A DNA stretch of 64,000 nt from Candidatus Bathyarchaeota archaeon. Its GTDB lineage: Archaea > Thermoproteota > Bathyarchaeia > Bathyarchaeales > WUQV01. The stretch covers positions 50,938-114,937 of the forward strand of contig JAGGVF010000006.1 in NCBI GenBank assembly GCA_021158125.1, read 5' to 3'. The notes beneath the pieces are model-generated. The model had not been told where the DNA came from, searched no databases, and worked only from the letters and a program-made list of their open reading frames with translations. Positions 36,600 through 45,087 of this stretch are shown here, piece by piece; within the stretch, counting starts at the first letter, position 1, and the number at the start of each line of letters is the position of its first letter. The position numbers and the translations under genes were made by a program.

Positions 36600-37830
36600 G
36601 GACTGGCTCGAATTTTCTTCGTAGGTATGTCAGACGAATACTATCCATAAGGATATAGTTAAATTCTCTTTCAAATTTGACCTTTTTATCATTTGAATAT
36701 TGATTAAGCAACTCCGCCTTTGCTTTTTCAGCAATATTAAATAGAATTTTGAAGTTATCTGTATATGGTACCAGCATCCTTAATCTTCGCGTAGCTTTCT
36801 CTTCCGCTTCTGCATCTGGCTTATACGTACATCCAGCGAGTTGTCTTGATGCTTGGTTAATAATTTCCGGCAGATGTTCGATGCTTTCCTTAGGAATCAA
36901 TGTTCTTTCTTGCGGGATTTTTTGAAAAATCGGAGCATACTGTTCTTCCATTGTTAGTTCATTCTCTTTTAACCATTCTTGCATTGCTTTCAGTCGTTCG
37001 TCCCAAGAAGGATGATCAGGGGAAATACGAATTTCTTTACGGTAGTAACCAAGAAGGGTTCTAGTGGGAAATACTGGTCCAATATAGCATGTTGCAATGT
37101 AATCAGCTAAATATTCTTTTGCATACCGGTACTTTATTAATGGCGTAACGTAATTCGAAACTGAGAAAGGGAAGATGTCTTGGAGCGAATAGTATCGATT
37201 TACTATATTCCACAGTTGCTCTTCTATTATGTGCCCCAACTCATGAATTACTAGTGGCCAATCAGTCACATTATTAGTAAGGGCAGGGGGCACGAATATT
37301 ATCCAAAAGAATGGATAATTCGAATCAATAAGCTCAGAAGTCGCTGGTAAGGAACTGAACAGTCTGTAGAAACCTTGTGAGAAGTTTGTAGTGGAAAGTT
37401 CACGCCCAGTAACCAAGAGATACCTTATATCGCTAATGTTGAGATCATCCACTACGAGTTCGATAAAATAATACATCTCCAATGGAACTTCACGTGATTG
37501 TCTTGTGATCATCATTATTTCAAACATAAATTCTTCTAAAATTCTCAGAATCAGCTCTGAACGATGTATTCGCGTCTCGATATCATCTACATTTCGAATT
37601 TCCTCAATAACTAATTTTAGCTCTTCTTTAAGAGAGTAAATAATACCTCGAACGAGCCTTTTGAACTCATTCTCAGATCGCCCGTATAACTTAGAACGTT
37701 CAAGTTCTTCTTCAATGTCTCTTAATATTCTCTTATAGATCTCCGCTCTTTCAGCCACTAAGTCATATTGCGGGGACAAGTCTGAGATACCCATAGTATA
37801 GTTTTTCCTCTTCTCTAAATGTTGATTCAA
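36580..37830 (-). CDS. predicted zinc metallopeptidase (HExxH) with N-terminal helical domain
   Basis: WPLVIHELGHIIEE plus downstream EYLADYIATCYIGPVF (a Glu third-ligand-like motif). Family not assigned. Confidence 0.55.
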   Translation of the reverse strand: MNQHLEKRKNYTMGISDLSPQYDLVAERAEIYKRILRDIEEELERSKLYGRSENEFKRLVRGIIYSLKEELKLVIEEIRNVDDIETRIHRSELILRILEEFMFEIMMITRQSREVPLEMYYFIELVVDDLNISDIRYLLVTGRELSTTNFSQGFYRLFSSLPATSELIDSNYPFFWIIFVPPALTNNVTDWPLVIHELGHIIEEQLWNIVNRYYSLQDIFPFSVSNYVTPLIKYRYAKEYLADYIATCYIGPVFPTRTLLGYYRKEIRISPDHPSWDERLKAMQEWLKENELTMEEQYAPIFQKIPQERTLIPKESIEHLPEIINQASRQLAGCTYKPDAEAEEKATRRLRMLVPYTDNFKILFNIAEKAKAELLNQYSNDKKVKFEREFNYILMDSIRLTYLRRKFEPVLNPRSA

Positions 37831-38290
37831 TATCTTTATCTAGACAAATCAGAAAATCCTTCACATTATTTATGTCTCTTTCATCAACTGTTCTCCCTTC
37901 CTTTATCTTAGAGAAGACTTCAAGGGCTAATTTAAATCCACTTATATATTTTTCAAGTTTTCCTTTATCAATAGGTTCTCTTCTTTTCTTCGTCAGAATA
38001 TTAAGGAAAATAGGACTCACATAGTTGCATATACTTGTTTCTATTTTATTCAAGGCCTCTAAAGACTTGGTACATAATTCTAATGCATCCGCAGTATACT
38101 TTTCCATATTCTTGCTGTGAAACTTTGCTTTATATAAGCCCAAGGCCATCAACGCATTTGAGATTTTACTCCTTAAACCTATAACACTATGGACAATCTC
38201 ATAAAGTACCGTAAACGTTTTATCGCGATCCCCGCTCAAAAGGCTTAACGCCACGGAGTTAAGATACTCCTTTTCCATCATCTCTCCCAT
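37763..38290 (-). CDS. hypothetical all-helical protein, overlapping partner of the HExxH protein
   Basis: 175-codon ORF whose 3' end overlaps the start region of 36580-37830. Confidence 0.45.
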   Translation of the reverse strand: MGEMMEKEYLNSVALSLLSGDRDKTFTVLYEIVHSVIGLRSKISNALMALGLYKAKFHSKNMEKYTADALELCTKSLEALNKIETSICNYVSPIFLNILTKKRREPIDKGKLEKYISGFKLALEVFSKIKEGRTVDERDINNVKDFLICLDKDIESTFREEEKLYYGYLRLVPAI

Positions 38291-38347
38291 ACGGGCGGTG
38301 AGGGATCGCCAATTATTAAATATTACGTTTGAATTTAAAAAAGTTTT

Positions 38348-39175
38348 TTGCAGAAAATCTTTTTAGCAAAAAACTTTTATACAGATAAAAGGGGAGAAAT
38401 GCACAAGAAAAAGATTGATGCTTTTGACATATTTGCAGCAGTTTTTAGCCAAAAACGAACAGTCTCTGCTATTAGGTTATTAATACTGAAAACCATCTAT
38501 AAAAGTAAAGAAGGAACGCTAAAATTTTCCGACATTCTAAAGGCTATCCAGTCATATAAAGATAGGAATTATTCATCACAGAGACTTACTTATGACCTAA
38601 ATGTTCTCAAAGAAAATGCATTAATAGACCAAACTTCTGATGGAAATTACTCAATAACAGATTATGGATGTTATATTCTAGATGTGTACGACAAAATGCG
38701 ACGAGAGCTAGAGGATATAGGAACAAATGAGAAACCCGGATTTGTTGCCGGGGCTAACGGATTTATAATTGCAAGAAATTTTGACTATAGGATTTTGGGG
38801 CAGGAATTATGGGAACTGCCATTTTTTAGAAAAGTGCCAAGTAGGGAACAGAATAAAATAAACTTGAAATGGAACGATTCAAATGATAATTTCGAATCTG
38901 ACATTGAAATATCAAGTGATGGTAGTTTCACTATACAGGTAGTGATTTATGTCGATGCATTACCCTCAATTGAAGGGGCATTCAAAGAGGATTTAGAAAA
39001 AACTGCGAAGTGGCATAATGCGGCAAAAGGCATAGTTCAAGCAATTCTTTACTATATAGAACGGACAGCACACAGATTATGGAATAATTGCAGAGTAGAT
39101 ATTATCTTCGGACCGGATTCTTATCCCATAAATCTATATGCTGGGGTGAAAGAGGCTGAGGAAAATACAAATTAA
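38348..39175 (+). CDS. wHTH protein with an unassigned ~150-aa C-terminal domain; pAgo-associated
   Basis: RTVSAIRLLILKTIYKSKEGTLKFSDILKAI...LTYDLNVLKENALIDQTSDGNYSITDYG fits an ArsR-like wHTH. The likely start is the ATG at 38399, after GGGGAG. The stop lies inside the stop-free 5' extension of the pAgo frame. Confidence 0.6.
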   Translation: MQKIFLAKNFYTDKRGEMHKKKIDAFDIFAAVFSQKRTVSAIRLLILKTIYKSKEGTLKFSDILKAIQSYKDRNYSSQRLTYDLNVLKENALIDQTSDGNYSITDYGCYILDVYDKMRRELEDIGTNEKPGFVAGANGFIIARNFDYRILGQELWELPFFRKVPSREQNKINLKWNDSNDNFESDIEISSDGSFTIQVVIYVDALPSIEGAFKEDLEKTAKWHNAAKGIVQAILYYIERTAHRLWNNCRVDIIFGPDSYPINLYAGVKEAEENTN

Positions 39176-39335
39176 CTTATTTGAATACCAAGGAAGACCT
39201 TTCAACGAAGGAGTCAAAACCATAATCTACAAACCTTCCAGCCGAATCCCCAAGGACAAATTATACATAATTAAAGAGGCCATTAAAAAACTGGAAAAAG
39301 ATGCAGGGAAACACTCCGTAGTTGTACAACACGAC

Positions 39336-41486
39336 ATGAGTATTTTTTGTGTTCCGGTGAACCCTGCAAGTCTAAGAGAAACAATATCTGTTTGTACTAC
39401 TGATGGTGTCGAATTCTACTGGACTAAAGAAGAGCAGGCTGAAAATCTTCTAACTAATGATGAGAAATCACGAAGAATAATAGAGCAAATCATGGCAAAA
39501 GCTATTTCAAAACAGCAACTTGCAAGGGGATGGTTTGTTGAGTCATATAAGAGGGTCTATTACTGGTCATTTACACTCACAGAGCAACTGTCTATGGGAC
39601 TTATGGATGTCTATCCTGGGTTTATATTTAAACCATATGTCTACGACGATGGATCTTGTGCGGTTATGATAGACCCTAAATTTAAGTTTGTCCCACGCAA
39701 GACTTTAAGAGACATTATTGATCAAATGTTAATGGAAGGAAAAACTCATCATGAAATTATATCGCTCTTCGAAAATGAAATAGTTATTGATGCTTGCCCT
39801 GTAATTGATTGCCCCTTCAGAAAAGATCCATCGAGCAATTGCCATTTAAAGGGGGCCGGAAAAAGGCGTATTCTAAGTCGACTTGACTTTAATTTGAAAC
39901 CGTCAATCGCAAAATTTGGAAACTTAATAACCTACCATAAACAGAAATGCCCAAATAATGGGCGGTTAGGTAGGTTAATCGAGGATAAACCACCACTAGC
40001 GATAGTGGAATCCAAGAAATCTGGTAAATTATTTGAATTCCCGCTTGAACGTTTAAGAAAAGAACTCAAACTGCATGAACTTGATAAATTTGGCAGAATT
40101 TTAGTGACCAAGTATATTCGGCCCTCGATGAAAGAGCGATGGTATCTCACAAGAGGGTTTTTAGCCTATCTTGATGGTATAAGGATAGGGCGGTTGCCTC
40201 CACTACGACTTGTAAAACATTTCGTTGATGTAGGAAAATCACCAGAAAAACCATGGTATCACTATACCGTTTTTGAAGATATGCCACTCATGTTCGCTAA
40301 TCGAAAAATAGGCTTTGACCCTTTTTCCGCATTAGAAGCCTATGGCCCATACGATTTAACCGGAAAACATAGACGTAAATTTAACAAGTTGCGGATAATT
40401 ATTTATAATTTTTCCGATAAACTCACGAAGAATGATATTGAAAGGTTCTATAGAGATTTGGTTAATGGTTTCTCCTATAGACCAAGTTATAGCGGAATTA
40501 AAAGGATTTTCAGATTAGAAGTTCCAGCATTTGGAAAGGGAACTTATAGACGCGATACATTTGATGTAAGAATCCCCTTCCTTAATAAGAATGAAGCTCT
40601 TATAGTTTTAGCAGTAGCACCGGAAAATGGCAACAGAAAAATTAAACAATATAAATTTTTTAAGCAAGAACTTACTCGTTTGGGGATTCCTTGTCAGTTC
40701 ATCCTTGATAAAAATATCCAATTGGCAAACTCAATCTCAAAATATTCGGGATTTATGAAAAACCTTGCACTTTGCATATACCATAAAGTCGGGGGAGTGG
40801 CTTGGATCCTTAGCAAACCAGTTGGTAACAATAAATGTTTTGTTGGTTTAGATATGATTTCTAGACATAATAGAATTTATATGTCATTGCATGTATTCAA
40901 CTCCTATGGATTATGGCTAGGCGGGGATATATTATCAGTAAAAAAAGAGTTTTATCCACAAGTTTTAGTAGATAAGGTAAATGAAGCGATAGACATATAC
41001 ACTCGAGAAGAACGTATGACGCCAGAAGAATTGATATTACATAAAAATGGAGAAGTGTGGCCTAACATAGAGTTAAAACCTCTAATTGACGGCCTTACAG
41101 TCAAGAGCAGGATTGTTAGTATTAAAAAAACAGGAATCCCAAGAGTATATAATGTGCTTGATGAGGATTATATTTCAGACCGGGGGCTTTGCGTACAAAT
41201 CGATAAAAATGAAGCGTTACTAGTAACAAGCGGGCCCCCGCACCAAATTCAAGGCTCTCAAAAACCATTGACGGTTGAAATTAAATATCCAAAGGGAAAC
41301 TGGCCTCTTCTAAGAGAGACGTGCAAAGAAATTTTCTATCTGTCATTACTATATGGAGGATACTTGTTAGCTGTAACGTCAAGACCTATTACAACCCATT
41401 TAGCGAGTGCGGCGGTTAGTTTAGCGGCAAATTACGATATTAATGAAGTGAGCGAAAAGTTATCAAAGAAGGCTTGGTTCATTTAG
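39336..41486 (+). CDS. prokaryotic Argonaute (long pAgo; catalytic tetrad apparently degenerate)
   Basis: MID pocket KIKQYKFFKQELTRLGIPCQFI. PIWI motifs CFVGLDMISRH, ELILHKNGEV (N where active pAgos have D), TSRPITTHLASAAV (S where D/H is expected). The frame is open from 39150. Confidence 0.85.
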   Translation: MSIFCVPVNPASLRETISVCTTDGVEFYWTKEEQAENLLTNDEKSRRIIEQIMAKAISKQQLARGWFVESYKRVYYWSFTLTEQLSMGLMDVYPGFIFKPYVYDDGSCAVMIDPKFKFVPRKTLRDIIDQMLMEGKTHHEIISLFENEIVIDACPVIDCPFRKDPSSNCHLKGAGKRRILSRLDFNLKPSIAKFGNLITYHKQKCPNNGRLGRLIEDKPPLAIVESKKSGKLFEFPLERLRKELKLHELDKFGRILVTKYIRPSMKERWYLTRGFLAYLDGIRIGRLPPLRLVKHFVDVGKSPEKPWYHYTVFEDMPLMFANRKIGFDPFSALEAYGPYDLTGKHRRKFNKLRIIIYNFSDKLTKNDIERFYRDLVNGFSYRPSYSGIKRIFRLEVPAFGKGTYRRDTFDVRIPFLNKNEALIVLAVAPENGNRKIKQYKFFKQELTRLGIPCQFILDKNIQLANSISKYSGFMKNLALCIYHKVGGVAWILSKPVGNNKCFVGLDMISRHNRIYMSLHVFNSYGLWLGGDILSVKKEFYPQVLVDKVNEAIDIYTREERMTPEELILHKNGEVWPNIELKPLIDGLTVKSRIVSIKKTGIPRVYNVLDEDYISDRGLCVQIDKNEALLVTSGPPHQIQGSQKPLTVEIKYPKGNWPLLRETCKEIFYLSLLYGGYLLAVTSRPITTHLASAAVSLAANYDINEVSEKLSKKAWFI

Positions 41487-41500
41487 ATAACTTTCGTAAG

Positions 41501-42475
41501 TCAATCTATTCCAAGCTTTGGTACACATGCAAGATACATTCTTCTCAGTTCTCTCCTATCAATATGGTGATATACATCTATCGCTTCGCTTCTTTTGTCG
41601 CCTCTTAGTTCTTTTACATATTCTCTTGGCATTCCATTCCTAAGTAACCATGTTGTAAACCAATGCCTAAAACAGTGCGGAGTCAAATGATCCTCTGGCT
41701 TTTTACTCTTTGAATTATGTAAGCCAACCTTCTCTGCATACTTAGTTACAACACGATATACACCGTGCCTTTTCAGTCTTTGTCCACGTCTCCCTATGAA
41801 CAAAGCTTTACAGCTGGGAGCCACTTTCCAGTTCTTCCTAGCATTATGCCACCTATGCAATACACGTGCACATTCGTCGTCAAAGAACACTATTAAATTG
41901 CTTCTCTTAGGATGGGGCTTTAATCGGATGCTTTGTTCCTTCCAATCAATGTCATCTACATCTATATTAATCAGTTCCTTTCTACGAATGCCAGTCTTCG
42001 CTAACAAAGTGACAATAGCCTTATCCCTAGGATCCAATATGGAATTTATTAGCATTCTCATCTGTTCAACTGAAATAAGCTTTCTCTCCGAAACCAGATT
42101 ACGTCTCTCCGCCTTGTACTGACGAATATAGCGTTTCCTAAAAGGTAACACAGGATTCTTCTCTACGAACCCTTCATAAGCTAAATAATCGTAGAAACTG
42201 GATAGAGCCGAAAAATAATTTTCCAGAGTCTTGATTGCGTAGCCCTTATCATTAATCAGGAATTTTAGTAACTTTTTCAACCCATTCCTATCTAGACTAA
42301 GAAAGGATAGCCCATTTTGTTTGAGGAATCTTGAAGTAATTCTCAGTATAGATTTATAGCTCCTAACGCTTTCTTCGGAAAAATTTCTTAACTTGCAGTC
42401 GACAAGGAAGTCTTCAATAAGTTTAGCATCATCAACTTCGCCTTCTAGTAAATTTACTTGCTTCATCCTATCCAT
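41501..42475 (-). CDS. tyrosine recombinase (XerC/D-like integrase) of the element
   Basis: GIRRKELINI (Arg), HCFRHWFTTWLL (HxxR), RGD...IDVYHH (Tyr). Adjacent to tRNA-Ser and the att repeat. Confidence 0.9.
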   Translation of the reverse strand: MDRMKQVNLLEGEVDDAKLIEDFLVDCKLRNFSEESVRSYKSILRITSRFLKQNGLSFLSLDRNGLKKLLKFLINDKGYAIKTLENYFSALSSFYDYLAYEGFVEKNPVLPFRKRYIRQYKAERRNLVSERKLISVEQMRMLINSILDPRDKAIVTLLAKTGIRRKELINIDVDDIDWKEQSIRLKPHPKRSNLIVFFDDECARVLHRWHNARKNWKVAPSCKALFIGRRGQRLKRHGVYRVVTKYAEKVGLHNSKSKKPEDHLTPHCFRHWFTTWLLRNGMPREYVKELRGDKRSEAIDVYHHIDRRELRRMYLACVPKLGID

Positions 42476-42996
42476 CTCCAGCCAGTAGGCGTATATTTCA
42501 CAAGTCCATATGCCTCCAAGTTTTCTAGTTGCCTCGAGATAGCTTTAATCACAGCTGATTCAGAAGGATCTACGCCTAAATGTGCGAATATCTCATCGCT
42601 ACTAACAACCTCTCGGCTCTTGAGGAGATTTATCAGTTCTTTTTCATAAACCCTAACACCTTCAAATTCCTCTTCCAAGAATGGTCTAGCTCTGTATCTC
42701 CGAAGTTCCTCCTCAAGCCGCTCTACAGCCCTTTCCAAAAGCCTACATCTCTTTGAAAGCTCCTGTACTTTCTTTTTTAATTCACTGTTCTCCTTCAAAA
42801 GGTCACTACGAGACTTATAGCCTGGCTCCTCTTCTTGCCGAATAGAATTTTCAACATACTCAATTACAAACTTCGAAAGACTGACTCCCAATTTCTTAGC
42901 GTACCTCTCCCACCTCTCCTTATGCTCCACAGAAGGAAGATACACATAGATAGCTCTCTGCTTAATGGTCTCCGTCTTGCCCACTAACAACACCAA
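42463..42996 (-). CDS. RHH - coiled coil - wHTH protein (candidate excision/regulatory factor)
   Basis: N-terminal AIYVYLPSVEHKERWERYAKKLGVSLSKFVIEYVE (RHH-like) and C-terminal VSSDEIFAHLG...LENLEAYGLVKY (wHTH-like). Overlaps the integrase start by 13 nt. Confidence 0.5.
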   Translation of the reverse strand: MVLLVGKTETIKQRAIYVYLPSVEHKERWERYAKKLGVSLSKFVIEYVENSIRQEEEPGYKSRSDLLKENSELKKKVQELSKRCRLLERAVERLEEELRRYRARPFLEEEFEGVRVYEKELINLLKSREVVSSDEIFAHLGVDPSESAVIKAISRQLENLEAYGLVKYTPTGWRWIG

Positions 42997-43020
42997 ACTA
43001 CCATAAGCTAACAGACTATT

Positions 43021-43055
43021 AAAATTTTACTGGTAAATTGGCGCCGGGGAGGGGA
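43021..43055. repeat. tRNA-proximal att repeat
   Basis: AAAATTTTACTGGTAAATTGGCGCCGGGGAGGGGA. Copy of 7783-7816. Confidence 0.8.
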
Positions 43056-43165
43056 CTTGAACCCCTGCGGGCCGTGGGGCCCACCGGCTGACTTGTCAAG
43101 GCCCCTTTTTAACTATTGCCTAGTAGATCTCGAGGCCGGCGCATTAGCCGCTCTGCCACCCCGGC
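43039..43165 (-). tRNA. tRNA-Ser(CGA) with a 39-nt intron at the canonical 37/38 position and encoded CCA
   Basis: Hand-folded: acceptor GCCGGGG/CCCCGGC, D arm GCA..TGC, anticodon stem CCGGC/GCCGG, loop CTCGAGA, long variable arm TGGGCCCCACGGCCCGC, T arm AGGGG-TTCAAGT-CCCCT, then GCCA. 127 nt = 88 + 39. Confidence 0.85.
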
Positions 43166-43204
43166 TATTTGAGAATTTAGCGAAGAGTGTCTTTTAGCTT
43201 TATC

Positions 43205-43975
43205 TTATTGAACGTTTGTTATGTCTCGTTCGTTAAGGATTTTTACTGCTTCGTTTGCTGCTTTTATGCAGTTTTCTTCGCCTGCTCCTGGTTTGAATTC
43301 GTCTTTTATGCGGTTTGCGTAGACTGCGCATATTGCTCCGCTTCTTAGTCTGTATAGACTTGCTAATACGAAGAGGGTTGCTGCTTCCATTTCGAATATG
43401 AGGACGTTTGCTTTTCTCAGTGTTTCTATCAAGTTTGAATTTTGTGAGTGTTGGAAGGTTGGTCTTTGTTGTCCAGCGTAGAAGTCGCATGTTGTGCAGC
43501 CTATTCCTACATGATAGCGGTAGCCTAGTTCCTCGCATGCTTGAATTAGGGCTTGTACAACATCATAGTTGGCTACTGCTGGATACTCTACTGGAATGTA
43601 GCATTCGCTTGTTCTGTCCAGGCGAACGGCAGCGGTTAAAATAACTAGGTCTCCGCATTCAATGAAGTCTTGAATTGCCCCGCAGCTTCCAACCCTAATA
43701 AAGGTTTCAACTCCAACGAGTCTAGCCTCATTGACAACTATGCTCATACAAGCTGGGCCAATGCCGCTTGACAAAGCTGAAATCGGAACTCCCTTGTAAG
43801 TGCCAGTAAAAGCCCTAAATTCCCGATGAGAAGAAACTTCAGAGGCGGAATCCCAGTACTTGACAATTTTAGGAACTCTTTCCGGGTCTCCGGGAACAAG
43901 CAGGTATTTTGCCAAGTCGCCGGGCTTACATCTGATATGGTACTGCCTGCCTTCAGAAATTTCTGTTTTATGCAT
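43205..43975 (-). CDS. udp: uridine phosphorylase (PNP/UDP family 1)
   Basis: LVPGDPERV, SHREF, SSGIGPACMSIVVNE, IRVGSCGAIQ and FEMEAATLF parallel E. coli Udp. Confidence 0.8.
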   Translation of the reverse strand: MHKTEISEGRQYHIRCKPGDLAKYLLVPGDPERVPKIVKYWDSASEVSSHREFRAFTGTYKGVPISALSSGIGPACMSIVVNEARLVGVETFIRVGSCGAIQDFIECGDLVILTAAVRLDRTSECYIPVEYPAVANYDVVQALIQACEELGYRYHVGIGCTTCDFYAGQQRPTFQHSQNSNLIETLRKANVLIFEMEAATLFVLASLYRLRSGAICAVYANRIKDEFKPGAGEENCIKAANEAVKILNERDITNVQ

Positions 43976-44033
43976 GGAGTCTTCACCTAAATTCTACTAG
44001 GTCACTAATGAATATTTGTTGTAAGAAATAGTT

Positions 44034-45011
44034 TTAGGCTGAAAGTCTTGGAATTACTAGGTCTGCTATGTCAACGCTGTTTTCGTATATTCGTGTTAAA
44101 TGTGAAATTGCAGAAAACAAGTATTGAGCAATTTTTTCTTGCCTTATTTTTCGCTGTATTTTTTCACGTAAATCTTTAATCTTGCTTTGCATGTTCCTAA
44201 CCGACTCTGCCAAGGAAACGTCGTGAAGGAAAAGTGCCTTAACCGCTGTTTCATGGGAGTCATAGACAGCTGAATGCAGTTGCATAATTAGTTCGGCATG
44301 TTCCTTTGATGGTTTATTACCTTTATATTCAATAACGTCCCGGGCTAACTGGGCTGACTGGTCGCCGATGGATTCCACAAGTGAACTTGTAATTCTATAG
44401 TCCAGACAGTTTATTGGAAGTATCCCGAGTTTTTCTCCTAGGCTTGGATTCTGAATGACTGTCCGCAGGATACGTACGAGAAGGAAGTAGAGACGGTTAA
44501 CTTCGTCGTCTCTTGCGACAACGTTTTTTGCAAGACGCTTATCGTCATCTAGCAAGGCGGTTACGGCATCTCTGTGCATGCTTGCAGCAATTGCATATTC
44601 ACGACGCAAAACTTTCTCAGGTGGGAAGGATGAAGGTTCAAGCAGACATTGTAAAACAATTTTAGAATAATCTTCCTCAACTATTTCTAGGCCGACTAGA
44701 CGGCTGGCTGCACGTTTAACCTTTTCTCGGTCTTCAGGCATTATACGCTCTTTAGATTCAACTTTGATTACGTCGTATCCAAGCAGATACTTACCAGTTA
44801 TCTCCCTATCCAAGTAGGGACTCGGCTTAAGTGTAATCTCCCTTAAAACCCTCTCGGCTGAATACTTCGGATTTATAATAAGCCGCCCATCAGAAGTTTC
44901 CGAAATAGCCACAACAGAGCCCCTTTCTAAACCGTTCTTCTCAGCCCAGTCTTTAGGCAAACAAACAAAGAAAGTTCCGGTCTTCGTTCGTTGTATCTTT
45001 CTAAGTTCCAT
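44034..45011 (-). CDS. AbrB/SpoVT-PhoU domain regulator (PhoU-like)
   Basis: N-terminal FFVCLPKDWAEKNGLERGSVVAI is an AbrB-type swapped hairpin. Followed by two PhoU-like helical repeats (DDEVNRLY...). Confidence 0.75.
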   Translation of the reverse strand: MELRKIQRTKTGTFFVCLPKDWAEKNGLERGSVVAISETSDGRLIINPKYSAERVLREITLKPSPYLDREITGKYLLGYDVIKVESKERIMPEDREKVKRAASRLVGLEIVEEDYSKIVLQCLLEPSSFPPEKVLRREYAIAASMHRDAVTALLDDDKRLAKNVVARDDEVNRLYFLLVRILRTVIQNPSLGEKLGILPINCLDYRITSSLVESIGDQSAQLARDVIEYKGNKPSKEHAELIMQLHSAVYDSHETAVKALFLHDVSLAESVRNMQSKIKDLREKIQRKIRQEKIAQYLFSAISHLTRIYENSVDIADLVIPRLSA

Positions 45012-45087
45012 ACTAAAGCCTCAGATTCGAAATATTAATTTATCAAAAGTCAAGCCAAATATATAAATTTAGGCGGTAAATTCAAAT

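Larger units (their letters stand above)
7783..43055. mobile_element. integrated element (~35 kb) in tRNA-Ser(CGA), carrying a defence island
   Basis: Flanking direct repeats. An integrase (41501-42475) and an RHH/wHTH gene lie just inside the tRNA-proximal end. Two more integrases and R-M, pAgo and helicase-nuclease cargo sit between housekeeping flanks. Confidence 0.75.

Noticed and set aside
39138-39180. Programmed frameshift fusing the wHTH partner to the pAgo
   Set aside because: The two frames overlap for only 26 nt (39150-39175), and I see no slippery heptamer or obvious stimulatory structure. A non-canonical start for the pAgo or two separate proteins is simpler. This needs experimental data either way.
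43233-43986. Alternative-frame ORFs inside the uridine phosphorylase gene (43233-43538, 43408-43644, 43744-43986)
   Set aside because: The 43205-43975 frame matches Udp motifs throughout. The others are basic or low-complexity shadows.
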